Part shown: one piece after another, positions 1-12,054 of the stretch
Numbering within the stretch: position 1 is the first letter of the stretch
Layout of the letters: each line of letters starts with the position of its first letter
Source of the DNA: Balanoglossus misakiensis
Lineage: Eukaryota > Animalia > Hemichordata
Length of the DNA stretch: 64,000 nt
Assembly: GCA_040954595.2 (NCBI GenBank)
Contig: CM082591.2
Coordinates: forward strand, 3,953,957 to 4,017,956
Reading direction: 5' to 3'
Made by a program: the position numbers and the translations under genes
The notes under the pieces: generated by a model
Told to the model about the DNA's origin: nothing
Database searches by the model: none
What the model saw: only the letters and a program-made list of their open reading frames with translations

Positions 1-2
1 TT

Positions 3-713
3 CTGGATGTTTTAGGACAGATCCATGACATTGAGGATGAGAATTTTGCATCAGTCAGAGAGCATGGAACTCGAAGTCCAGTTTTTGACAGACCGGCACG
101 GCGTAGGAAGCAGTTCACGCAACTCAGAGAAAATTCTGCGTCGCCAAATGATCATACAGCACCTAGTCTTAATTGCCAGTACCCTACACCTGAACAAGTC
201 AACTCATTAGTAGTCGGAGAAGAATATGAGCGGACTGGTCCGGAAGGAGAGTGTGCTACCACGAGTGCGAGCCACCGTCGGAATTTTTCCGAAATGGGTG
301 AAATCGGTGCAGTTTGTCAGCCACGTACAGGACAAGAGAGTGTCGATATAACACCAATTAACTTTTTCAGTGGCCGGAGATCGTTACACAAACATGAGAC
401 TCTCTTCACCAGACAGTCAAATAACAGACTACCGCTGCAGCACTCAACACCGAGGAGGCAGTCGCAAAGACTCCTCGAAAAAAAATCTCAAAAATTAGCA
501 TTTGACGGTGGCGGTATTGGTTCGCCAACTTTCTGCACACCAACACGGGATGCAAAGCTCCGGTTTGAAAACGTGCGCACCCCAAACAGAACGATACGCA
601 TTCTTGTGGATGACACGCCCGAAATCGACTACAGCTTGCCAACCAGCCTCAGACGGCGACGTGAATTACTGCCTAAAAAGGCCTGGCTTCAACTGTTGAA
701 CAGCCTACACTAG
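3..713 (+). CDS. Terminal coding exon (5' end outside the window) of a probable RHINO / RAD9-HUS1-RAD1-interacting nuclear orphan-like protein
   Basis: Frame 3 is open from position 3 to TAG at 711-713 and extends the track ORF 294..713. The C-terminal ILVDDTPEIDYSLPTSLRRRRELL resembles the RHNO1 C-terminal motif as I recall it (VLVKDTPEDKYGIKVTWRRRQHLL). AATAAA follows at 965-970. Confidence 0.55.
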   Translation: MDVLGQIHDIEDENFASVREHGTRSPVFDRPARRRKQFTQLRENSASPNDHTAPSLNCQYPTPEQVNSLVVGEEYERTGPEGECATTSASHRRNFSEMGEIGAVCQPRTGQESVDITPINFFSGRRSLHKHETLFTRQSNNRLPLQHSTPRRQSQRLLEKKSQKLAFDGGGIGSPTFCTPTRDAKLRFENVRTPNRTIRILVDDTPEIDYSLPTSLRRRRELLPKKAWLQLLNSLH

Positions 714-2599
714 GGAAAATCATGAGAGAAAACTTATGAAATTCATGTATTAGAATTTATGAACAGAATTAATAGAGTATTTATTTATCTAGCAACAAAG
801 ACAGAAATTTATTCTAAGTATCAAGGTTTCACCAAATTGCATGATTACAGATTTAAAATCTCTTCAGAAGTAGATTTGGTCTAAAACTTGATACCCAGAG
901 ATCATGCAGAAAAGTTAACATTTTATAATTTGAAATTTATTTACGTCTTCTTAGTATTATTTGCAATAAAAAAATTCAAGATACTATTATTGCTTATATC
1001 TTTTTTGTGTGGAGAATTTCAGTTTGCCTGGATGGGGTGACAGAGAGATTAATTTTGTGTGTGTGTGTATGTGACACAAAAATACAAACAAATCACGGTT
1101 CACTATAAGCGAAGACTTTTATTACACCATTTATGTACAAGAAAGTAAGCAACAGTGAAATCTTCAAGAACAGACAGCACAAGTCCCAGTACCTAAAATA
1201 GATTTTAGCATGACATCATTGAAAAACTATTTAAGGCAACAGTTTCTGACTATTACTAGTATATACATTTACATTGCACAAATTTAACTTTACAAGACGG
1301 ACGTATATTTTTTTCGTATAGTGTGCGTGAGGGAAAGAGAGAGGTGGTCTTTCTCTCAACTCTAGAATTTTCTGTATTTTACAAAACCATAAATATCGAC
1401 AGTATAGATAATGTCAAGGATGCAGTGTACTGGTTGACCAAAAGAGCGGACAGATAATATAATGCTGAAACCGGGGATGTGCTTTTATAGGATGCAATGA
1501 TGAACCCCCGAACCGCGGGGACTGTGATCAAAAGTGGTATCCTCGCACTGACCCCCCCCCCCCTTCTTGAAAGTGAAAACATCCTAATTTTCCGTTTTGT
1601 GGCAGTTTTTGGCATTGTATTCCAACTGGAACGATGCATGTCTTCCTAGCTACGCAAAGCCAGCGTTCCCACAACAGGTATCTTGAATATCTTGTGACTA
1701 GAAAATACTGAAACAGTATGAGTTTAGCAACGTGGGCATTTCAATATGTCCTCGCTGTTTTAACCCAACAGAAAATTTCCTGAAAGTTTTCTTGATGGAT
1801 TTTTTTTTACAAAGCCAGGTGGCGTACACGCGAGCCATAAATTAATTACTTGTGCGTGAAGGAAATTCGAGCACCAAACATCTGGCACTAATTTCATCAT
1901 CAAATGATCCCTGCCAAGAATCAATGTTTTTTTAAGAGTTTCCACTATTTTCATAAAGGTGGAATAATACAAGAAAAGGTTTTCATGTGGGGTTGTTTTT
2001 TCCTAGTATCAAACACTAACATAACAACAACAACAATCACTGAGGTCAGAGGTGACACTGAGTCAACTTATAAAAGACGGTTTGTAAATGTCTCGAAGGA
2101 CGAAAAAAAGTCTTGGGATTAAAGGCATCGGCCGAAAAAGTAGGAAAATATACTAAAAGAATGTTGTTCATTTTATCAACAGAAAAGCTAAGTTTTTAAA
2201 GGTTCAGATTTATAAAGTTTTGAAGTTGAGCACCCCGTCACGAGTGCAAAGGAACATAACTTTAGCTATTCACAAACTCGGAAAGGTATGTCACGTCACG
2301 ACTTTGTGTGTTCGTCTCTGAAAAGTTCACAAAACTGTGTCCGCCACGAGCACGTAATCTTCCAACGCCAGAAGTGCGGGAGACGTGAAAACGAAAGGTT
2401 TTTTTTCAGCATGACCCGCGTTACGTCACTGGGTGGCGCTCTCTGTGGGAGTCAAATCACCTGGCCATGGTATCAGTCGGAATTACATGTAATTTCAGGC
2501 TCTGGCTTGGGGGAAGCATAACTCCCGGCATTGACGAGACAGATTCCAAAATTCAACGAAGGTCTCTCTCTCTCTCTCTCTTCCTCTCTCATCCCTTGA

Positions 2600-4722
2600 T
2601 TATAGCGATGACTTCGCCTTCTTCAAATTGACCCCCAGCCTACTTTCTCTAATTCGTCTGTAGAGGTCTCGCCTCAACAGCACCCCCTTGCCACCGGGCA
2701 CCCGTCTCAGAAGCCCGTCGGTGGGCATGACACAGAGCCCTCTACCGTTCATTTGGAAATTTTCGTAGACAATGTTGTGTATGTCATACTGCAGGGCCAT
2801 GTAGCGTAGCCAGGTCATCACATCCTCAGGAGACCAGTCCATTGGATCTGAAATATATACATATAAAAATTAATCATTTTGGCGGATGTACTATTGCGCA
2901 ATTTCACACTTCGAATCTTTGAATTACTCGTTATTAATTATTGATCTGGAATCGATATGTTGTGAAGAGTGTTGTGCGACTCTCTATACGACCATCATCG
3001 AACCGGATTCGCAGCACATCCGTGATGAAGCTGTCGATGCACCGAAACCATAGTAACAGGCTGAGAGGTAAAGATAGCGCAGGGTCCAGATATCCGATTG
3101 CACCACGGGTCACCGTTACCAGAGAAACGGTTAAGGAGACGCGTCGCCAAATGCTATATTACATGAAATTGTAACGGTCGTCTGTTTTCAAAATCTGTTA
3201 ATTTCGAGTGTCTGTGGTCCAACATTAACATATTAAACGATATTTTGCGAAAAGCATACAGCACAGCATTGTCGCTTTATCAGTTATTTCAGGAACCGTT
3301 TAGAGATAATTTCCTTTTGGCGTGTGTCTGGTACATAGTACGCACTATTTTTTCCACGTTGTCCGTTAATATTAACACATGCAGTCTTCTATATTTAGTA
3401 TCCGATATAAATCCGATATATAAATCTTGATTATTTTTTAAGTAAGTTTGTGTTGGTCCAACTTAGCCCATTCACGATGTTTTTGTGAACATAAGTGTTA
3501 CTTGTATTAGTGAAATTTAAGGACGGGTGCAGGTTTTCATGTTTCGAATGTCACTCACCTGACGGTATGTTCAACTTATCGTCCATCAGTTTGAAGGTAC
3601 TGAGGCTGCTGCCATACTCGTTCAGCAATACGCATCTCCGCGTCACGATCCACTTCTCAAGCTGCGACACAAGAATAAAAAAATATAGGGTCAGACTTAC
3701 TGAGGTCCCAGCGCTTGGTTCGTAGGAATAATATTTTACAGAAATTATATTATACACTGGTCTATTTATAATCTTGTTTTGTGCGTTTCAAATTTTGATT
3801 AGTGAGCGCGGTCGCGCAATTAATTTTTATTTCACGCACCCAGACTTAGACCTATACAGCATTCGTTTCAATCCTGTTTTATTCTGTTTTTCTTTGCAAA
3901 ATTCAATTTGTCGAAAATCCAGTTTTATTTATCTGACTTTAAAATAACCCGGCAATAAATCTCACTGGATTTCTAGTGGCGCGCGCTGAGCAGCATGCGA
4001 GTTGTAAAACTGCCGGATCTTACCCGGATGAAGAGCGACCTGTTTAATCCAAGCCGTCAGTGGTCAACGCGCGCATCAATTGATCACCCACCCTGAGCCT
4101 CGCTGCGTTTGTGTCTGGTTGATCAGGCAGAACCCGACTGTTGTAATGGAGTACATAAGACACCAAGTGCTAAAGTTTGACTGCGTGTGGCGGGGATTGG
4201 CTCGAACTTTTCACCCCTCCGCTGTAAAAAAAAAGTGGGGGGGGGGGGGGAGCTCCCTTTGGAGCCTTGTACCCGCACATGTTCCTGACACACCCCCGAA
4301 AAAAGTCGCAAACGCCGGAGCATACATGTCGACTCGAATCACGTAGGAAAATCCGGTATCCCGCAATGTACCGCTGAAGAAAGCCTTAAACATTAAACTA
4401 TGTCCTTTTGATCGATACTGCTTAACCAGAAAGTGGTTGAACCTCGAAGCCTTATTACCTTAAAGTTATCGCACGAGTTCTGTCAAAAACACAGAGGCGA
4501 GCGAAAATACTTTATAACTTCCACAACATCAGAAAAAAAACTAAACTGAGAAAAAACATCTATAAGTCAGTGGCCATTGGAATGCCACGCATAAGGTTTA
4601 AAGAAAAACACCGCACTACTCACCATTTTTCGTTTCAATCGTCTTTGACTGCCGTCGTGCATGACTTTCCTGTCAACGTCTCCTGTCCGCAGCGAGCTCG
4701 AGGTCGTTTCTGATTTGGTCAT
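2600..4722 (-). CDS. Pointed (SAM/PNT)-domain-only protein, ~149 aa, no ETS domain (Mae/Edl-like)
   Basis: Exons 4722-4624 (caccATG, MTKSETT...RLKRKM, donor gtgagt), 3661-3559 (LEKW...KLNIPS, donor gtgagt) and 2847-2600 (DPMDWSPEDVMTWL...FQMNGRGLCVM...RRVPGGKGVLLRRDL...KSSL*). Phases 0 and 1 are compatible. The PNT signature LNIP-DP--WS--DV--WL...F-MNG--LC is present. A minus-strand AATAAA lies at 1118-1123. Confidence 0.85.
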
Positions 4723-4850
4723 GGTGAGTCCGCACGTTATATCACTCTCCGCTAACGTGAAAAAAAAAACGTTACCTGATACGTGCGCAGGTCTGTTCTG
4801 TATTGTACTGTCGACTGATATTGAAAAGGATCCACTGTTTCGCCGCGCAT

Positions 4851-4962
4851 TCTATATATATGCTAATAGCATCCCGGAACCTGTCCGCCCTGGCATGCTT
4901 TGCGTTGAACAGGATACGATCGACCGCGACCGCAGGATCCGGGTTCACACCGCCACATCCGT
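4851..4962 (-). promoter_or_regulatory. Putative promoter of the PNT-only gene: TATA-like element plus clustered GGA(A/T) ETS-type sites
   Basis: TATATATAGA on the minus strand at 4851-4860, ~130 bp upstream of the ATG. CCGGAA 4874, CAGGAT 4910, CAGGAT 4933 and ACATCCG 4955 fall within 90 bp. Confidence 0.45.
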
Positions 4963-5959
4963 ATTTAGGTCACGCTAATGTGACATAATGAATATTCATG
5001 ACCGTCTATCCACGTGATTCTCCTTCACTATGGCGACCCCACCTTAGACAGGGGCAACGCGCGGAAAAAACTTCACGAATTCTGTCACCCTTTTTTCGCT
5101 TGGTCCATTTTAATCACATCAACTGATATTGTTCGGCTAATCGGAACTTGCAATGTCAAATAATGATACGAAAACGGGAAGCGTTTTGCCATAGCTGATT
5201 ATGCAGCCTTTAAAACATGATTACCCAATTGGTTATATATTAATTTTTTTATATGTAACAATTTCTTATTTTATCTCAACATAAATCCTGAATTTATTAT
5301 TTTATCACACTGTTAGCAGAGATTAAAGTAGGGCCGCAAAAGTTTACTACCTGATATTGTATAGTTCGTACTATCATCAAATGCTTTTATGTAATGCCAT
5401 CCTGCGCCAGTCCCTGGACGATGGGATCGATTGTGGTGACGGTGCTTTGTGAATAAACCGATCTACATCTTCAGATAAGATTATAGAATCCCTCCTCCAA
5501 TTAACGTGAAAAGGGAAATACAGCGCCACTTTGAGTTTTGTACCCGTCACTGCGTCAGACTCAATAATGAAGATATTAAACGAACGGTTCAGCTGCCTAC
5601 TTGCAATAATGAAGCCCTTACATTGACAATGTAACTTGAATGCGAGATTCTCCTCGCATTTACTGTGTGCACCCTTCATTTTTTGAATCAATCCAGACGT
5701 TTTAAATATTTGCAAGCAACTCAGACACTCGGACCTGTGGCATACAAAAGACCTGGGGAAAAACCGCTTATCAACGAACCGAAAATACTTGATTCACTGC
5801 CAATTTGATAAGAAGGTGTGAAAAACAGCCACAGTATAAGAACACTGAGCAATACTTATCCAGATTTCATAAATCATGTTGAGGAACTCGGTATTTTCCT
5901 GGCAACCACCCAGAAACCAAACACTTCTTGCTCTTTCACTTTATAAGAATTTCTTCCTC

Positions 5960-6230
5960 ATCGTCGCTACAGACCGAGAAAGGACTAATATAGGTTTGAT
6001 CATGGTCACTCAAAAAATTCGTGGCTTGATGTAGGTAACACACAGAGATTGGCGGCCATTTTGAATTTCGAATTTGAGACAATTTGACACAATTTTGCTC
6101 ATTCAAATTCTTGCACGGCGACCCCATTATATTTATTCTAAATTTTAAGAGAGGGTAATTTAAAGTTGTCTTGAGCAAAATATGCGAGAAAGTTCAAAAC
6201 TTTGATTTTCAAGGCGCATTTTGACTAGTG
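5960..6230 (-). repeat. Degenerate interspersed repeat (GGCCATTTTGAA-containing family), inverted copy
   Basis: Reverse-complement similarity to 31374-31560 (gcctcgaaaatc...tcaaggcaacttta...ttcaaaatggccg). Related fragments at ~24005-24150, ~54803-54895 and ~56870-56990. Confidence 0.55.
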
Positions 6231-6469
6231 CGAGCGTGGCCAATAGGGCCTAGGCGCATTTATAGGACACGGTCACCCCACACGCCGCGAATAAAGGAAA
6301 AGAGGAATAGAGCGCTTGAACTGTGTTTGAACAAAAGACACTTCTAGGTAAATCTTGCGTGCAAAGCAGCTCATTCAGGCGGTAATACCCATATTGTTCT
6401 TTTATATGGGTACTAGTACCTCTTCCCGGTACATTTGTATTTCCTGCTGTACGGTACTCCGAAAAGTGG

Positions 6470-6535
6470 CTTTCATTTTTAAACGAGAATTGAAAAAAAG
6501 TCCACAACATTTGCATGAGATTCCAGAATCTGTGA
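6470..6535 (-). pseudogene. Relic copy of CMAH exon 14 with its splice acceptor
   Basis: atttgcatgagattccagaatctgtg (6510-6535) matches 15872-15897 at 24/26 nt. It translates FWNLMQML versus FWNHVQIL, and similarity decays beyond that. Confidence 0.5.
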
Positions 6536-9500
6536 TGGAATGGGCAATGCATACGGATACAGAGAGGGCGGGGAGGACTATTTTATGTTAAAAACTCAAA
6601 GTATTTCAAATTAAATAAAACGTTGACGCCATGCCGTGCATATATCCGGTATTAAGTATTATGTCATTCTCTGAAGTAAGATTTCTAATAAGACTGCAAA
6701 GTAAATTTCTTGAAGTTCGTGACTTGAAATAAATTAAAAAACACAGGTTTGTTTGTTTAACGTATTTCTTCGGCGAAGTAATTTCACCAGTGTTCAGTTA
6801 TACAAAAATGTATATAACTTTCTAAGGCGGTATTTGCATCAGGGTTGCAGGGTCGTTCAGCACACGGTTGTAATCGAGAGCAAGGGAAATCCCCTTGCTT
6901 GTAATTTACCGTGTGTGCGTCCCGTCGTGTCCGGTTTCTGTGGGGATTGCAACGCCGGTGGATCATGAACCCTCTGAGTCAATTCGCCCATGAGAGCACA
7001 TACAATAGTCAACTGGTTCTGTATATACACGTGGTTGGGAGAAGAATCTCGAAAACATGCCAAATGTACTGATACAGTAGACTCTTTTCACAGTCACCAG
7101 TTTGCTACACTGTTCTGTGTTGTTCTACAGTGCAACGAAGCATTTTCGCCATGGGGTACAATGTAATACAAAGTAACAACCACATTTTTTTGCAATGATG
7201 TACATTGTAGCAGTTTTATACACTTTGTGTCTACTTTGACTTGGTAGCAATAGCCGCAGCCGCAGACGGCAAGACACTCGCGCTTTCCGTTGGTCGAAAG
7301 TGTTCCGTACGCAGACTGTATCGACTATTTACAAGCACGCGACGTATGGTCAGGTACCCATTTTGCACTAGGCTAATGACCTATAGATAGACCAACACTG
7401 AAATCGTGCTTGAAGGGTAATTCGACCTTCTCGTTGGACAACAACAGATATTCACTTCCCATTCGTTTGGATCAGATGCATCCATACACACACGTACACC
7501 GTTGTTTTTGCACCAGTGAAAGGTGTGTTACGATGCCCCATGACGTCACAGAGGCCAAGGAAGGAACCATTAGTGTGACGTAAAGGATCTCACTAAACGT
7601 TGTTTCATTGAATGAAATGGGCCTTGAATAGTCAGGTTGTCGCCCTTTTACTCGGTCTGTTTTTGCCTGGGGAGGTCGAGGACCTTTTAAGTACACCCAA
7701 AAGTGTATTTTTCCTGTTCACAATTGAAAGTGCTTGTTTTTCAGGGCGGAAATTTCAACACACAGACATTTAAACACAGAGAATTCAAAATATTAGTATA
7801 TTAGAAGATTAATATTAGTTTGTTTCTGTTTCTGCTGCGACAACTACGTACTGTTACCGAGGTTACACATTTTCCAAAATGTTTACTACGAATGTGTTTA
7901 TCCCACGGCCCTTCATTGCCATCTTCTACCCAGTAAACAACATAGAGGTAAACGACGCGATTGGTCGTTGCCCGAAAGAAGCGGTGATGAGTTGAAAGGA
8001 CCCGCGACCCCGTGTGACTCGACTCTTTGCCAGTGGTGATCACCGATGATCACCGAGCGTCAACCCGGTAAGTAATATGCGGTTGTACATTCACACCGAT
8101 TGCTATAGTCGACCACTCCTCTTGACTCACGGTATATTGTGCTAAGTGCTCGTGCTGTCGCGATTCAATTCAGATTTTAAAAAAAAATATATTTTTCCCG
8201 TCATAAGGTTGTTTGTCATGAAGACATATCATGACTTTTTGGCCCACTGGTCCATGTGGTTATTATCAATAAATCGGCCAAGTTATCAATAAAAATATTA
8301 ACCGCCAGAATTAAAAAAATACCGCCTTCACTACACCACGATGAACGTCAGCATTCAATGCCTCCATTTTGTATTCTAGCATTCTCTAAAATACAAGCAT
8401 TCTTGTTTTCAAAATGCTTACAAATAATGTTAATTAATTGATTATCTTGTTGACATGTATGGACATATCATGGATACAGACAAAAGCAATGTGTACGTCA
8501 TGGTTGTTTATAAGGGTCTTCGATACGACCTAGTGATACATTTTGAGTCATAAAAAACACAGGAATTAATCTGTTTGTTCAGGATGTTTCCTCGCATCTG
8601 CAGTACATCCGCCTCTAATTTACATATCCACGTTGCCTGATTGCGTACGCTTTCGCGCGGCAGACCAAATAACGGTCTGTGATTGGCCACAGCTATATTG
8701 TCTACACGCATGCGCCTGTAACAAGTCTGCGAGAGAGAGAGTGAGAGAGAGAGAAAGAGATAGAGGACAGGATTTCAAATCGTTCGGCCCGGATATACAT
8801 GTGAATCACGATGCATTTCACTTGTGAAAACCTCAACTACGTTGCTCGCTCATTGCGGATTCTCTTCTTGAGGATGTTTATCAGATTAGGGTAGGGTTCC
8901 TCGTGATCCGAAATTATATTTACATGCCATCAAAAATCGTAATGTCATCATCTGAACAGGAGACGGAAACGTCTAGGTATTTCTGCAATTCACATGTACA
9001 CAAATGTATTTTGGGCCACGATTTTGAGAGGAGTAAGCTCTACCTCGTGACGATTACTCTGTCTCGACTTTATGCAAATGCATGCAAATATTAGGATTGT
9101 TCTGTGATGTATGCATACATTTTCTGCTGACTGTTTGACCCGGATGAGTGAAGCTCCGGTTATTCGGTCGTTCCCCGGGTGTCATCAATTATAGGGTGAG
9201 CGTTTGTCGATGATATCATTTTCACGACTATGCTTGTCGCATTGACGGATGGATGATGATCGATGATGATGTAGACATCAGAATGGTTATTGTTTGATCT
9301 GAATCTAATCTTGCTTGCACGTGTTCGGGGCTCGCTGCAAAAATATAAATGAGCACATGGATTGTTGTCAAATATGCATACGCAATCGTAAGTTTGCCAT
9401 TATTACCCAGTACCTTTTATTGCTTTGTTTATTCAACGATTTGTCGGGGAAAGGGTAATTTCATTGCATGTTAGGCTGATGAAAGGTTTACTTAAATTTG

Positions 9501-10169
9501 AACTATTTTCCTATATACAGGTCCATTTAAGTACAGAAAACAATGAATTTGGACCAAACCATCGTGGCAAAGGGGATAAGTCTGGGCTTCAATGCATTGT
9601 CATATAGCACTATACGCTCTGTTGATGAGCGAATTACTGGGCGTTATAATTAGTTTTAGAAGTAAAACTGGAGTGGACACACAAATAAAAAGACAATTGA
9701 AAAAGTAAAAATATGATAAGTCAGAATTTAAGAATTGCATTTAAAGCTTTGACGTTGAATGAGCTTTGCAACCTGAACGAGACGCGCGACAGAATCGAAG
9801 CAATCTGTCAAATTTAAACAAATTACAATGCCATCATATCAATTCCTGTTCCGGAATCCGGGTTGAACCGTCGCTGAGTCAACATCATACATTTACCCGC
9901 AGAAACCAAACGACACGGGGGTATTGCACGATTTTGAGGGTAATTGGCTCGAAAATATCACATGATTTTGAATGCTGGTAGATCATGGAGGCTTCTGATG
10001 ACGCCCCTCGTCTGACAAAAATCGATGATGTCATCACCGAAATTCGTATAATAACGTTGCGCGTTTCTTCTGTGGATCAACAGCAGACTTTTAATAAAGC
10101 TAAGAATTGAACGGTTTGGAGAACTTCCATTTTCTGAAAATATGTCCCCCGAGGCTCATACCGCCTTAG

Positions 10170-10351
10170 AGGCATACAGTCACCCATGGAAATTCAGCTG
10201 CAGTAACCATGGCAAATTGAGATCTAGCCAATCACAGATTTTCAGTGGGTGGCACACGCGAAAAAAGAGAGCCACCATACGTACTTCAGAACACTCAGGT
10301 ACGCATTTTTGCCATTATGGACATATGTAAAATGGAGGTGACAATGTACCT
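10170..10351 (+). mobile_element. MITE family A (AGG...CCT termini, TTAA target; Kolobok-like)
   Basis: Ends aggcatacagtcacc...ggtgacaatgtacct followed by TTAA. The core (gtaaccatggcaaa...aatcacagatttt...ggtggcacac) is shared with 20180-20364. Confidence 0.65.
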
Positions 10352-11085
10352 TTAATATCAACAGATGAACTCACGGATGCCCACAAGAACACCATCACGG
10401 ACTATGTTCTAATTCCCGCGCCACGCCGAGTATATGGTGGGGTGAGAGAAGTTCCCGTATTATTAATATTTTATCAAGATTTGATCTGATAACATGAACG
10501 GAGGCAGAACTGTATCAAAACAAGAACTCGTTACTAAAGTTTAATGACCTTGGCCACTGTGAGTTCTGTCCATGGCTGAAACCACTGTTGGCCGTAAACT
10601 GAATTCGACCGAGTATTGATATTTCGTATACGGCGCTCCGTTCTTCACTAAGATCGGTTTCCCTGTGGGCAGATACGCCCATTTTCACAGAACCCGCGTG
10701 AAAACACTGATAAGAACAGCAATAAACTTGGAACACAGTTTTAGGGACACCTGTCAACGTTTTCAGCAACACTGTACCGTGTTTTCGGCAACATTGTAGC
10801 ACAGTCACAAAGTTCAATGTGTATGCACTGTGCTGATAAGAAGTACAAACTAGATACAGGGACACAGGGAGACTCGCGTGCTTGCTACCAATGAATCACA
10901 ATGTAACCAAATGTAGACATTTTGCTACATTGTGGTTAAACATGTCTAAAAGCATTTGCCAACATGTATCTGTTGGTTGTTGTATTAGTCATTTCGCTGA
11001 GGTGCTATGAAAGGGGTTGTATTTGACCACTTGGTTTTATAAACACGAGAGGATAAAATTTGAAGAGCTATACGAAAAGTACATT

Positions 11086-11127
11086 TTTGCAATAATACCC
11101 CCGCCTTTTGCAATAATACCCCCGCCT
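11086..11127. repeat. Short tandem duplication (ttttgcaataatacccccgcc x2)
   Basis: Two adjacent perfect ~21 nt copies. Confidence 0.8.
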
Positions 11128-12054
11128 AGCAACTGGTTCTTAGAGGAGGCCCTGCCATAGCGTTTATTGTGTTCTTGTCGAACAACGCTCTCATAATCTC
11201 AGTGATTTTCGCACCGCACTTCCTTTACTGGAGCATAGTTCAAGAAGTCCAGGTTCCAATATTGAAGTAGATTTTCGCGGGGCCAATTTTTACTGTAAGC
11301 AACCTTCTTCGCGCGAGAAGTATGTAGACATGGATGTCTGAAACCCTCGATACACGCAGCAGCGACACGAATTACAGTACCAAAGATAGATCACACACCA
11401 CGTCCTAATTGTGCGATTTACTTCAGGAAACACAGTCTTGTCCCGAAACCGGTTCGTGTTTCCGAGTACAATGCGGTCACGGAAGTTGAAGACGGTCTAC
11501 GTGCCGTGGTGACAAGCGCGCCGGCTCTTGCAGACATCCATCGAAAGTTACAAGCCACGTGATTGGAACGTGTTCGTAGAAAAGGAGAATTATCGGATAA
11601 GTATAAGGGGATTTCCACCTAAGAAAGAGGTTATGAGTTTCCCGAATAGTTATTTTACAAGACCGTATTTTTTTCCAAGTACCATGCAGAGAAAAGCACG
11701 AACTATCGATAAAATTCCTGAACACCTGTTATACACAGTAACTAATGGCGCTATAGAATTCCATTCGCCAGGAAAACCAACCAGCACCTGTAATCTATTT
11801 TAAATTCAAATTTAGTTCTTTTCATTTTCACTTTTTTCCGTGGCTGCAGATGTCGAATTTTATCACCAGTATACTTTTTATCCCGTATTTTGTTTACTTT
11901 GTTGACAAGCCTGAAACGAACTGTCGACACTTGTTGAGAAAACATATCGAGTCTGGGTGTCAAAGTTTCTGAACAATGCTCGCCAGGAAAATAAGTGGCT
12001 GTAACTTATGGCGGTGTCTCAAGTGGTTGTTGTGCATTAAACAAGGGCGTCTTA

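Noticed and set aside
5377-5715. 112 aa minus-strand ORF ending ...RDWRRMALHKSI
   Set aside because: Only a 4-residue echo of CMAH DWRR; no convincing homology or start context.
7090-10990. Weak inverted similarity between ~7200-7250 and ~10880-10935
   Set aside because: Too degenerate to define termini; probably old copies of a dispersed repeat.
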